DNA of 64,000 nt from the NCBI GenBank assembly GCA_013265495.1, contig MU058584.1, positions 2,918,508 to 2,982,507 on the forward strand, read 5' to 3'. The notes under the pieces are model-generated. The model did not search any database. It saw nothing but the letters and a program-made list of their open reading frames with translations, and was not told where the DNA came from. The translations under genes and the position numbers were made by a program. Source of the DNA: Vicugna vicugna. Its lineage: Eukaryota. This document shows positions 39,490 to 52,877 of the stretch, piece after piece (position 1 is the first letter of the stretch; every line of letters begins with the position of its first letter).

Positions 39490-40975
39490 GTCTGAACAGA
39501 GAAAGACAAATACCGTGTGATACCACTTATATGTGGAATCAGAAAATACAACCAACTTGTGAGTGTAACAAAGAAAAGAAGCAGACTCACAGATATAGGG
39601 AACAAACTAGTGGTTGCCGGTGGGGAGAGGGAAGTGGAGGGGCAAGACAGGGGTTGGGGAGTGGGACACACTAACTACTGGGTGTAAGATAGGCTATTGA
39701 CCATAAAGATAAACATATAAACCAATGGAATGAAACTGAGAGTCCAGAAACAATCCCTTATATTTATGGTCAATTGATTTCCAACAAAAGCATCAAAGCG
39801 ATTCTACGGGGAAAGGATAACTTCCAAAAATGGTCCTGGACAAATTGGATATCTACGTGCAGAAAGCTTAGCTTAGATTCCTACCCACACCATACCTAAA
39901 AAGTTAAATCAAAATTAATCAAACGCCTAAATACAAGCTAAAACTATAAAAGTTTTAGAAGAAAATCTAAAATCTAGAAGAAAACCTTCATGACCTTGAG
40001 TAGGAAAAGATTTCTTAGGTAAGACATGAAAAGCACGAATAAATACTAAGACAAACAAACCAATTTGAAAATGGGCAAAATATGTGAAGAGACGTGTAGA
40101 CAAAGAAGATATATGAGTGGCAAATGAGCATTTGAAAAGGTGCTCAACATTGTTAATCATAAAACACAAACTAAACCATAATGAGATACCACAGCACATT
40201 ATACATTCTAGATATAAGTTCCTTATTGGATATATGATTTGCAAATATTTTTCCAATTTTGTGGCTTGTTTTTTAACTTTCTTAATGGTATCTTTTGACA
40301 CTCCTAAATGTTTAACTTGATCAAGTCCACGTTATCAATTTTTTTTTTTAATCATGCAGAGCCACTTTGGAAAACAGCTTGGCAATTTCTCAAAAAGCTA
40401 AACATAAATTTATCGTACAATCTAAGAAGTCTACGCCAAGCTATTTACCCAAGATCAATGACAGCATGTGTCCACACAAAAACTTACACATCTGTGATCG
40501 CAGCACAGCATTAGTCATAGTAGCCAAAAAATGGAAACAATCCAAATGACCATCAGCTGATAATGGATAAATAAAATGTGGCACACCCATACAATTGAAT
40601 ACTATTTAGCAATTAAAAAGGAACAAAATATGGATACATGCTACCACCGTGGATGAACCTCAGAAATGTTATGCTAAATGAAAAAAGCCAAACACAAAAG
40701 ACTACATGTTGTTATGACTCCATTTATATGAAGCATCCAGAAAAGGCAAAACTATAGAGACAGAATGCAGATTTGTGGTTGCCTGGATCTGAGCTGGGAG
40801 TAGGAATTGTCTGTAAACAGGCACAAAAGAGCTTTTAGGAGTGACGGAAATATTCTAAAATGAGATTGTTGTAATGGTTGCGCAGCCCTGCAAATTTACT
40901 AAAACTCATTGAATTGTACTAAAACAGATGAAGTTCACATTATGTAAATTACACTTCAGTAAATATGTTTTTTTC
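39490..40975 (+). mobile_element. Composite of old L1 fragments (ORF2 and 3' UTR, with an internal inverted piece at ~40210-40350)
   Basis: L1 motifs tatggtcaattgatttcc, aaatggaaacaatccaaatg and atgactccatttatatgaagcatccagaaaaggcaaaactata. Confidence 0.8.
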
Positions 40976-43900
40976 AAATCTTAATTGACTCCTTTGTGAA
41001 ATATCTCAGACAAGGTGAAGGAGGAAGCCTGGGGAGTCTGCCTCCCTGCCTTGCTCCTTTCAGTTCTCCCTCCGGGAAGGACACCTGAGCCCCTCTCTCA
41101 GTGCTAAGAGCTATTTCCCCAGGAGCCTGGGGCAGCTGAGCCCAACTCCACTACCTTAGTGACTCTTAACCGCCCCGAATCAGGCCTCCGGCAGCAAAGC
41201 TCACCTTGCAGAAATACTGTAAGAGTTATAAATACTTTAGGTCCTCGGGGAGCCCTGTCAGCTCTCTACTATGGCACCAGTGACCTAGGGCAAGGAAAAT
41301 CCTATTTCTAGACGTACTGAGTGTGCGTGAGCAGGCTCACAAAAATAAACTGTTTCTTTCATGGCATCGTTTGGACCCATAAGATATCCATGCTGACTTA
41401 AAAGCTAATTCCTACAAGCTAATCGCAGCCCCTCACCCTAGAAAAACAGGATGAATGCATGAAATTCAAACTAGAACCCATTCACCAGGTAGAGGGGCTG
41501 AGGAACATGGTTTTAGAACAAGGCAATGTCCTCAACCTGGGCTGCGTCATAAAATCATAAAAGCACCTGGTTAAGCTTTTCAAATGTATTAGTGGAGAAG
41601 AATGTTCCTAAATGAATTATAAGTGCCAATTAAAATATATTTTGTTTGATCAAATAAATATTAATTGGTAACAGATTAAACACATAAAATCTAAACAAAA
41701 AACAACCCAAAAAAACCCTACCTAGTAAGCTTTAAAAAAAAATTATACCTGTGCACCTCCCATCCAAAGAGATTTAGATTTAACTGGCCCAGAATTTGGC
41801 CTGAGTATCAGTAGATTTTAAAGTTCCCCAGTGATTCTCCTGTGCAGCCAGGGCTGAGAATCACCAGCTTTAGAAGGAGATGGATGTCAAAACAAGGTCG
41901 TCCATCAGGTACTCATTCAAGCCTTAAAATGCACAGCTCTCTGAGTAAGGACCTTCTCTCCTAGTAAAAGCAGCAACTGGATAGAGCCAACTGGATTTTG
42001 GACCCCAGGATGTTGTCATTTGCAGTATAGATGCTACCAATTTATCTCTATTTATCCCAAATGAGTTCACACTGGGCGTATTGATCTCCACATCTCTAAC
42101 CGTGACACCCGAAAAAAAGAGCTGATGCTGATAAGGTAACTGGTGATGAAGAGGCTAAGAGAAAAAGGTTGTCTTTATTATCAGTATTCAAGGACTTTTC
42201 TTTACACCAGGAACCAAGAATAAAACCAATTAGAACCTAGTGCAATAGTAACACAATATTAAATATTAAAGGCAACCAAGCATTCACCTCAGACATGAAT
42301 GATCATGAGAATTTAGGACAGAGTTTCCTGCTGGCTTGAGTGGGCCGGAAAAAAAAAAAAGCAGAGCTCCTGCTGGGCCTTGCAAGATTGAAAGAATTTG
42401 ACTTGGGGAAGTGGATTAACAGTGAAAACAATCACCAATAACTCCAACAGCGTTTACCATAAAGCAGCACTCTCATTCAGGCATCGTTTTGTTTAAACCT
42501 CACAACCACTTTATGGTCCTCATTTAACAGGTGAGGAAATGAGGACCTAAAGACGTTAAATCATCTGCCCAAGCTCAGTTAGTGAGCGAGAATCAAAGTC
42601 ATGTAACCTGACTCCAGAATCCAGGCCCCCAGGGCAAAGCAGAGAGACAGAAAGGACCCCATCATTTGTGTGATGCTGTGCAAGGAATCCACTATGCCAA
42701 GAATGCTGGGCCCTGTCACCAGGGTCCAGAAGAGAAAGCTGCCTCACTGGGACAAGTCCGGGTCACCCACGCGGCCCTCACATCCTATGATCCTAAAGGG
42801 GAATATCCAGATATAAAACCAGCAGCAACAAGGAGAGCCAAATGGAAAGCAAACTAAAGTGGGATTTCCCTTTTTCAGAGACATAAGATGAGAAAAGCAT
42901 CAGAATAGGTGAGCATGGCTGGGAAAGCGCAGGTCTGGGGATCCCCAAGGGGTGAGGTTTACCAGAGGCTGGGAGAAAGGCTGAGAACCAGAGCTGGAAA
43001 AGAGTCACTAAGCATCAGTCTATATTCTACCCGTCTAGGACCTTTCAGGATCCTGTAAAGGGCAGAAAAGCTAGGGAGGCAGAGACTAGGAGGAAAAAGT
43101 ATACAGAGAGAACATGAAAATTTATAGCAAATAACTGAGCATGCCTACCTTGGCTGAATTACGTTTTTCAAAGTGCTTAGTTATCATCAGAAGGTATTAG
43201 GTACTCAGTGTATGTTTTAATCTGGGGAAGATGTCTATGTAAGTGTCTGTGAAAGGCACACAGAACACCCGAAGGACAGCAAAGTCTTGTTGGAAAGTCA
43301 AGGAATGGAGAGGAAAGAGAGAGAGAGTATTACCTATGCAAAATCTCCTCCAATCACTGGAGCCCAGTTAACAGAAGCCTCAAACAAACGATAGGAGGAA
43401 AGGAAAGAGGGAGGGATGAAGGCAAGGTAGGAGGGAGGAAGGAAGGAGGGAAGAAAAGAAAGAAGGAAGAAGGGAAGGGAGGAAGAAGGGAGGAGGTGAG
43501 GGAGAAAACAAAAGAGAAAGGAAGAGAAGAAAGGAGGGGAGGAAGAGAAAGAACCAAATGCATAAGGGAAATTCATTTAAGGTGATGCTCATCCAAGTGT
43601 GAATCACATACCATCTGCATCAGAATCACCCAAGGTGCCTCACAACAAGACAGACCCTCAGAAATGGGGTGTGGGAATCAGAACCCATCACAAGTCCCCC
43701 AGGGCAACCTTACACACTCTGAAATCTGAGAACCACTGCTCTGGGCATTGCCTATGGTCAGTCCGTGCACTCAGCCTCCTGCACCCGCTGCTACATCTTC
43801 AGTTACCAAACTGCATGGAACAGTCTCACGTTCAGAATGGTGGACCCAAGGCGAGACAAAGTCCGGAGCCATCAGATGAAGATAAAATTCTATTCATAGA

Positions 43901-46718
43901 AGAACATGGTCTTATGGTCTTTGTTTGGAAGGAGGCAGATTCCAACTCAAATCCCAGTTCCACTTCATCCTAGTCTTCTGGATTTGGGGCAAATTATTTA
44001 AACCCCTAAGCATCAGGTTTCTCATCTATAAAAATCTTTACAAGGTTTTTGGGAGGGAAAATCAGATAGAACCCGTTTCTTTCTCTCAGCTGCCTTTTAT
44101 TTGCTGACTTTTAAGACATGACATCCTAGAAGGAGTCTTCAAATGCTAACCCTAGTTAAATATCGAAACTTGAATGCCTCTCCCGGCTTTGACAAATGAG
44201 GAGAAATTACCCGTAAATGCTTCATCTCTTTGATGTTACTGATTCCTCAGAACATTCTCCTGACATCCATGGTCTCTGAACATTCACACATAAATTCCTA
44301 TCTGAAATACACACACACACACACACACCCCTCCATGCCCTCGTATGCTTGTAAATTCATACTCCTCCTTCAATATCCTACACCAGCATCACCTCTACAT
44401 TAAAACCTCCCCCAAACGCCACACCCCTGCCCCGTCTCACCCGTACCTACTCACAGAACTGCTCACAGAACCCTAACGAACTCCATAAGAGAGATCTCAC
44501 CGCATTATAATGACTCATCTTCTGGTCTCACTCCCCACCGGAAGAAATCATGATTTCTTCCCCAAGAAAGAAATACTTATTAATCTTTGTAACCCCAGCA
44601 CTTAATATCATGCCTAGTATGTAGCAAGCACTCCATAATTTATCAAGTTCATGTATTCGATGTGCAAAATATGAAATTTTGAAACTGATTTTTTTTAGAG
44701 CGTTACAACTTACTCATCCCTGTTGTTTTCGAAAGCTAATCTAAATCAGAGGGGAGAAAATCAGCCAAACTCACACTAGTTGAGTTTTTCTTTTTTTTTT
44801 TTTTTTGTTCAAATCTGAATCAGAATTACTCAGCTTGATCCTTCACCTTATTCATTAGGTTTGGCTCTGAATTACAAAATCCAATTTCTGAGAAGGATGA
44901 CTTCCCACCATCGAAGGATTAAGAAGACCGTCTCTGACCTTGAAGGCAATCCAAGTCAGTGCAGCGAACACTGATCAAAGATAAAGCATCGAGCTAGGCT
45001 CTGTAATTCTACAGAAAGAATACTTCCAAAACCACAGCATTCCTGTTGGAAACTTCCAACGAGCTGACCTCCTGGCTGGCTGACAGGCTCTTCTCTAGAC
45101 CGTCTCTTGGTTCTGTCTTTTTATCATAGTTCTGACACAAAGAGCAGGAATCACATGTCTACACCCGGGCACTACCCAAGCTTACCTTGCTGTCCCAACC
45201 CCAAATTGCCCCCTTTATGAATCATCATCCATATCCTTTTCCTGCCATTTCTCATGCCTGGGTTTGCTTTTTCATTTCAAACCATTGACGGTCACTTCAA
45301 AATTCTACTCAAATCATACCTACCATTTAGTGAGTGGCTCCATGTGCCAGGCACCCTTCTAGAGGTTTCATGTACATGCTATCATTTTAAATCCCAGCAG
45401 CCCTGTAATTCTGGTACTACAAGTCTCCTCATTTTACACAAGTAATTTAGTAAGTGAAGATGCCACATGTGATTCCAAAGCCCACGTTCTTAGCCACAGA
45501 GGTACACACCCTCATGGGCTCCTTAAATACTCACACAATTCTCCATGGATGAATTATGATTATTTCCATCTTAAAGAACATAGACAAAACTGTAGCCAAC
45601 CAGTGAGCTGAGAGGTAGAGGGGTGGGCCTTGGAGACACAGTCAGGCCTTACTAATATACCTGTGGTCTTTCCTGTCACGTAGGCCATTACACTGCAACT
45701 TTAGTTCAATTGACTTTGCTTTTTAACTGTTGCTTGCAAACCAAAGAGTCCTATTTGATACAAAAAAAAATGAACTCCACACGGTGAGGCCATAGAGTCA
45801 TGTGGATAACTTTTTTTTTAATTACAATTAAAATTTATTCATCCAAATGAGAGCAGTTCCTTTTAATGTAATCATCTTAAGGGACATAAAGTTACAACCC
45901 AAGGGGGGGAAAGGCTACGAAAAGATACCTCCTAAATTACAATATTAACCAAGCACTGGCCAGTAGTTTGGAATGAACAATGTACATTATTTTGCAAGCA
46001 TAGTTGCTTCATGTTGTGGAAGGAAGTAGCTCAAGGGACAGGAAAGAAAAGTATTTGCTTCCACTCCTACTCAAACTATTGAATAGGCTGTTGCTCTGTC
46101 AGTTAGCACAAGGGAAGGCCATTCTGGACAGTGGAATACAATTAAGGAGTAATCAGCTTCCTACACCGAACTAATAGCCTTGAAACCAGCAGATAAAATA
46201 CCAATTCTCAACAAAATCAGACCTGAAGTCCCCAGACAAGTCATATGCCAGAGTCTCCCTTTGGCCTCAGATTCTCCTAGTCCCAGCCCTGCCTGGGCCA
46301 AGACACGGGGGATTCTCTCCTGGGACAAGGTCAGTGGTTTAGCTAAGGCAACACACGTCCATACCCCCGTTCATGACCCATGGCCAGCACTGCTGCCCAG
46401 ACTATTACACCAGGGGAATCGAGTCACAAGACCACGCTCACCACAAGCTATGAAACAAGGGGGAAATTGCCAGAAAGTGTCCCTTTAGAGCTGTGCTATT
46501 TCTCTTCCTGTGACTAAAAGGATATTCATGGTTCTATGCAACTAGAGAAGGATCAGATTAGCACCAAGAAGATTTTCTTGGGTTTGAGGAGAAAAGAGAG
46601 ACTTCAGAAGTGCAGACCCTCGGAAATGTAATCTGAGGATCTTTGACTCTGGCCCAACTGTGACCCCCACCAGCGGACTTAAGGAGATAAGGGAGAAACT
46701 TTTCTTTTGCCTATTTCT

Positions 46719-46774
46719 CTTTGGCATCGCTGAGTTCCCTTTGGTATTGTTGAGTTCCCTTTGGCATTGTTGAG
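46719..46774 (+). repeat. 20-bp tandem repeat, ~3 copies
   Basis: ctttggcatcgctgagttcc / ctttggtattgttgagttcc / ctttggcattgttgag. Confidence 0.85.
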
Positions 46775-47549
46775 GCTTGGCCATAACACATTGTTGACCT
46801 CTCTTTCCTTACCTAATTACACGTGAGAGAGTGGAAACCTGGACTAACATCTTGGCTTTTTAACTCACATAACACCCATAAGGCTAGACTAGCTGCAGAG
46901 ACGCACTGACTCTGAAAGAAGAACCCAGCCTTCAAAGAGATCTGAAAAGCAATTGACATATTTGCTGCAATTTCTTTAAAAGGCACCAAGGAAGCTCACC
47001 ATTCATAATAGTAATAAAACTTCTCAAGACCCTCTTTCCCCACCTAATCTCTCCTACTCTCTCACAGAGCACTGATGTTCTACGAAGTTCATGGTCTATG
47101 CTTCCCAAACACCCATCATTACCTGTCAGATTTCAGCCTGCATTTGCCATCATCCCCCTTCCCATTTCTCTTCCTGAAAGACCCCTCTTTCCCTCCAGCA
47201 CTTCCCTGTCCTTGCCACTGTAGTGCAATCTTCTGCTCCCTTTTCATGTGATTCCACAGAACAAAAGCAGCTGTCCACCTGAGAAGCCTTCCTTTGAGGA
47301 GGAAAGATTCTGAATGTGAATACGTTAAATTTTTTTTTTCTTTATTCCATTTGCTCACTGAAATATAGACTTATATGTACAGAAGGAGGCTGATATCTGA
47401 AGTTAGATAATACAGATAGTCTCAGTCACTGTGTGTGACTTTGGGGCAATTAACCTAAACTTTCTGACCTCAGTCACTACATCTATAAAATAAGGTAACA
47501 GTGATACCTTCTTCACAAGGATATGGTGATGATTAAATGAGAAAATATG

Positions 47550-48285
47550 TCCTCACTGTTGCTGGGAATGTAATTTGGTGCAGCCACTATGGAAAACAGT
47601 ATGGAGATTACTTTAAAAACTAAAAAGAGAGTTGCCATATGACCCAGCAATGACCCACTCCTGGGAATATAGCTGGAGAAAACTCTAATTTAAAAAGATG
47701 TATGCACCCCAATGTTTATAGCAGCACTATTTACAATAGCCAAGACATGGAAGCAACCTAAATGTCCATCAACAGATGAATAGGTAAAGAAGATACGGGG
47801 TGTGTGTGTGTGTGTGTGTGTTTGTGTATATAATGGAATACTACTCAGTCATAAAAAGGGATAAAATCATGCCAATTGCAGTAACATGAATGAACCTGGA
47901 GATGGTCATACTAAGTGAAGTCAGTTGGAAAGAGAAAGAAAAATACAATATGATATCACTCATATGTGGAATCTTAAAAAATGACACAAATGAACTTATT
48001 TACAAAACAGAGTCACAGACATAAGAAGCAAACTTACGGTTACGAAAGCGGACAGGGAGGGGGAAGATAAATCAGGAGTTTGGGATTCGCAGATACAAAC
48101 TATTGTATACAAATAGATAAAGAGCACAGGGGACTGTATTCAACAGCTCATAGTACCCTATAATGAAAAAGAATATATATGTGTATGACTGAATCACTAT
48201 GTTGTACACCAGACACTAATACAACATTGTAAATCAACTATACTTCAATTTTAAAAAGCACTAAAAAAAGGAAAGAAAGAAAACA
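47550..48285 (+). mobile_element. L1 3' end (ORF2 C-terminus + 3' UTR) inserted in a MIR
   Basis: cagccactatggaaaacagtatggag...aatgtttatagcagcactatttacaatagccaagacatggaagcaacctaaatgtcc...tatacttcaat followed by an A tail. Confidence 0.9.
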
Positions 48286-49260
48286 TCTTTTGTCATAAGG
48301 AATAACAAGCAAACTATAAAGTGCTCCCTGAACATGATTCTTCACGATCTTGGCTAGAATCTTAGAAATTAGTTTCCTTTCCCTATGTAGTGAGTCACCT
48401 GATTCTCCCAACCTGTTTTGGTGCACTCCATAAAATGGAATGCAGAATCTTAAGACCATCAATTTGAAATCCAAATTTTTAATTCTCAGCCCTAGACTCC
48501 ACATAAAATTTCCAAACCTCAGCTACCCATAGCACAAAAGATACTTCTGATCTGATCCCCTTTTTAACAGACTCCTATTAAACTTTAGTTACAGGACTCA
48601 AAATCTCTCCCATCTCCAAGCTTCTAATGAACAGCAGCAAAAACTTTTGACACAGTTTACAAGAGAGCTAAATTAGAAGGGAAAAGAGTGTAGAACCCAG
48701 GAGCAAAGGAACAAAGAATTAAGGAAAAGCCACCAGAGTACTTATGCAAAAATACCGATTTTATGCCTCCTAAAATAAGAGATGAAAAAAATGTGAGCAC
48801 ATTTGGATCCACTGATTTCCAGTGAAAATGATTCCAAAGTAATCCCTTTAGGTTCCATGTGGGAAGGCGTCGCGGTGAGCAAGCCAGATTGGGTAAAAGG
48901 GTACACAAAGAAAGGGAAAGTGAAAGAAAGTGATGTGCAAACTAACAGACGTGGCACCAGGATCCTCTTTATCTTTGAGCTTAACATTTGGCATATGGGT
49001 ACCGACGGGCCAGGTGGAGGGAGAACCAGACTGCTGCTGTCGCACCTACTCAAGAACGGCAGTAGGGGTCAGGTGTCTCTCCTACTCTCCCCTCCCCCAG
49101 CATTGGAGGGACCGCACCTTTTAATGAAGATATGACATTTACCTTGTTCACTGTCCATCACTGGATAGAAAGAGGAAGATGGATAAGAAAGAACAGGGAG
49201 AAGCAGCTGGGAAGAGATTTCTAAAGACTATTGAACTGCTCTCTTTGCCAGATTCCATAC

Positions 49261-49440
49261 CAGGCAGATAACCAGCAACAAAGTTAACTTCCGTGGTCTT
49301 CTCTAATGAAGATATGCCATCCTCTGTAGGATACACAAACTCAAACAGCTGGTCTACCCTGGAGAGCTCCCAAATCTGAATAACTTTCTCTTTATGTGAG
49401 TTTCCCCTTAGATTATCCTCGCCACCATCAAAAACAGCAG
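49261..49440 (-). pseudogene. Best-preserved exon of the minus-strand HEAT-like pseudogene (180 nt, phase 1-1, fully open)
   Basis: Acceptor ttttgttacctccttttaAG|, donor |GTATGG. Translation AVFDGGEDNLRGNSHKEKVIQIWELSRVDQLFEFVYPTEDGISSLEKTTEVNFVAGYLP. Confidence 0.65.
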
Positions 49441-50123
49441 CTTAAAAGGAGGTAACAAAACCTGGATTTCATTTTCAAGGAGGAATTTAGCTCTGCCCAA
49501 GCTGGTAACAGACTAAGAGCTCCAACTGATTGTATGCTCAAATTATAGGCTTAAATTTGACATTGAAACCCAAATAAACAGAACACCATGAGGCATTTTC
49601 CATTGATCCGTCCTTTGAGTTCTCCTTCATTTTGCTTAACAAGCAGTGCTTCCACTTGTGGCTAAAGAGGAAAATACCCTCAAAGGCTAGAGAGAGCCAA
49701 AGAGACCTGTGCAGGATAGAAGGTTCAGCTATGGAAACTCCACACTCCAGATTGAATTTCACAAGCAAGACAGGCAGGCACCACCAAACTGAGCCCCGTG
49801 TCCTGGCTATGGTTCCTAATTCTCTAATCTGGTTCTATCTGAGTCAAGGGAAAACTTGGAAATGTTATACAGTCACCAAACATGAAGATATTTCCAAGGG
49901 ATACAGGATGCCATCCCCAAGATGAGCAACTTTTCCTTTTCCCTTAATATTTACCTACCATCAAAGACACACTCTAAACATCGTGACTGTGGAGGGAAAT
50001 CACATGAAACATCACAAGAATAACCAGACCAGATGTTGAGATGCCCCTAGAGAACAGCATATTTTTCCCCAAACAGGAAAATGTAGTTCTTTAGAGCATG
50101 TATCAGGAATCAAATATCTGGTA

Positions 50124-50307
50124 GGGGGGAGGGTATAGCTCAGGGGTAGAGTGCCTGCTTAGCATATATGAGGTCCTGGGTTCAATCCCCAGTACCTCCG
50201 TTAAAAAAAATTAATAATATAAAGAATAAAATAGATATATATAAAGTAAATAAAATTAAAAATAAAAAAAAATAAACCTAATTACCCCACCCCACCGCCC
50301 AAAAAAA
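50124..50307 (+). mobile_element. tRNA-derived camelid SINE (Vic-1-like)
   Basis: Full head and tail; TSD aatcaaatatct on both flanks. Confidence 0.9.
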
Positions 50308-52753
50308 TCAAATATCTATACCTAAGCCTTCTACTGCATTCATGAACATTACTCAAAATTAACTTTTCACAAACCTAAGCTATGAGTCTGCAATGTCCAG
50401 CTGAAAGGGCAGGACACTTAGGAGGCTCAGTCTAAAGAGATGATTAAGAAGGAAATATCTAGAGATTGCACAGATCCTGGCAGTGATGTCAGCTATCCAT
50501 CCATTCAGTCAATAAATAAATATGCAACAAAACAAACCTCCTACATACAAACACCCATAAGTGATAAGCAAGATGAAGACTCGAAAAGAGCTAAGAAATA
50601 AGACTGACTTCTAAGGCAAAACTCAAAGTCAAGACACATATTTTTTTTAACCCCACAATATAAGGTAGAAAGCATTAATTGCCCTAAGAAAGGTACAGGT
50701 GAAGTGCCATACTCATGTGAATTCAGAGAAGGCTGAAATGATTTCCAGGAGAAGGGATCAAGAAAAGCTTCACCAAGAAAATAATATTTCAGATGACCTT
50801 TGAAGGATGGGTGAGATTTGAACCCGAAAGAGGAAAGGAAAGTGCATGCAGGTGGAAGGACTGGCCTGAGCAATAACAGATCTAAGGAGGCAAAACACTG
50901 GAAACAAGACATTTTTCAGTCTGGCTGGAAAAGAGGCTGCAGGGCACAAAGTCCATGGGGGGAAAGACTGGAAAAAAACAAGCTAGAGCTATTCCACGGA
51001 TGGCCTTCAGTCACAATTTGGAATTAATATTGTAAATAATGAAGAGCCACTGAAGGTTCCTGAGCTGGGGAGTGGCGTGGTGAGATTTCAGAAGGACTCG
51101 TGCGCAAGGTAGATTAGAGGAGGATGAAACCAGTGGCAAGAAGACAAATCAGGATAGAAATACAATGGTGTGGGTAAAAAGCAAAGAACTGGGTTATCCG
51201 TGAGGGCATGGAAAGGAAGGGGTCAACAAGAGTATGTCACCGAGTTAAGGCCAACAGGATTTGGTCATTGATGGTCATGTGGGACAAGGACATCCAAGAT
51301 CATCCCAAAGTGTGTATTCTGGATGCCTGAGAAGATAGTAATATTATCAACAGAAACGGAACTTAGAAGGTGACAAAGACTGCGGAACACCTAGATGCTT
51401 ACTGTCTTTGGTCATCAGCTGGAAATGTGGGGCTGGTAACAGGAAGACACAGAGAGACAAACCCCAAGTTTCCGTTCAGTCCATGTCTTACTTTACCTCT
51501 GTGGTATTGGTCACTGTTGACCCCTCCGTCCTCGAAATTCTCCTCTTGGGTTTCTGGACAATACCCTTTCCTTGTTTTCCACCTTCCCCTGTGGCAACGC
51601 TGTCCAAGGCTCTGTAAGACTCTCTTCTACTACTTGTCCCACAGTGACTGTGTTCCTCGGTCCGTTTCTCATTCTATATCCTGTCCCTGAGTGTCTCATC
51701 TTTGCTCATGAATTAACCACACCTCCATGTTGATGACTCTGTAGAAGGCGGTGACTGAGCATACAGGTTGTGGAATCAGCCTGGCCTTAAATCCCAGCTC
51801 CACGATTTGCTGGACACGTGATGTGGGACAAGTCATGTACCTGGATCTTTCTTATCTGCAAAATGTGGTTACAGGGTTGTGAAAGAGGATTTAACATAAG
51901 GATTAATAGAAAATTTGGCAACATAAGAAGTCCTTGGTAAACAGTTATTATTATTAACCAAAATTTGTAACTGGAAATCTAGATCTCCCTCCGGACGGCC
52001 AGATCCATAGAGGCAGCTGTCACTTGGGCAGCATGCCCTGATGTCCAAACGTGAACTCATCATCTTTCTCACCTCCCGCAATCCTGCCCCTCTTCTGTGT
52101 TACAAACATTCATCCAATCATCCAAATTAGAAGCCTGGGAATCATCCCATATTTCTCTCACTCTCCTACTCCCCACATCCATCTGCCATCAAATCCTGTA
52201 AGATAAAATTCTAAGCAACTCAATGTAGCATAGAAGGCCCATCATTATTACACTCCAGCTTCTCTGTCCAAGCTCACTTCCCACCACTCCTTCTATTCCC
52301 AGTAAGTACACTCACATATTCTGCTCCAGCTTCAGACCAAGGTAACTGCCATCCCTCACAAACACCAACCAATCAAACACAAGTGTCTTTGCACATTTCC
52401 TTCCTCTGGCTGAATGTCCTTCTTCCAACTGCTTATGCCCAGTACAGACAATTCCTATTTCCCTAAAAGACTCAGCTCGCATCACCTCCCTGTGCATCCT
52501 TTCCTGGCTGCCAGTGGGCAGTTGGATGCCTTTCTTTTCTGCTTCTATAAAAAAGTATGCTCCACTATGGTGGCAGTTACCACACTGGAATTATTGATTT
52601 GCTTGTCTCTCCTCTCCAGTAAATTGTAAGGAGCTTACAAGCAAGGACCTTGTCTTATGGCTCAACTCTCTCTCCCACCCCTCAATCTAGCACAGTATAT
52701 AGACAGCACCTAGCAGGTTCTTCATTGTTTTAATACATAAATGAACAGCTGGT

Positions 52754-52877
52754 GGGGAGGGCATAGCTCAGTGGTAGAGTGCATGCTTAGCATGCATGAG
52801 GTCCTGGGTTCACTCCCCAGTACCCCATTAAAATAAATAAGCAAACCTAATTACCTCCTCTGCCAAAAAAATAAAAT
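52754..52877 (+). mobile_element. tRNA-derived camelid SINE (Vic-1-like)
   Basis: Full head and tail; TSD taaatgaacagctg / taaatgaatagctg. Confidence 0.9.

Noticed and set aside
46719..46774. Short direct repeats considered as a CRISPR-like array
   Set aside because: Head-to-tail minisatellite without spacers, in eukaryotic DNA.
49261..49440. WD40 interpretation of GGEDN...VIQIWE
   Set aside because: A single motif with atypical spacing, and neighbouring exons show no further WD repeats.
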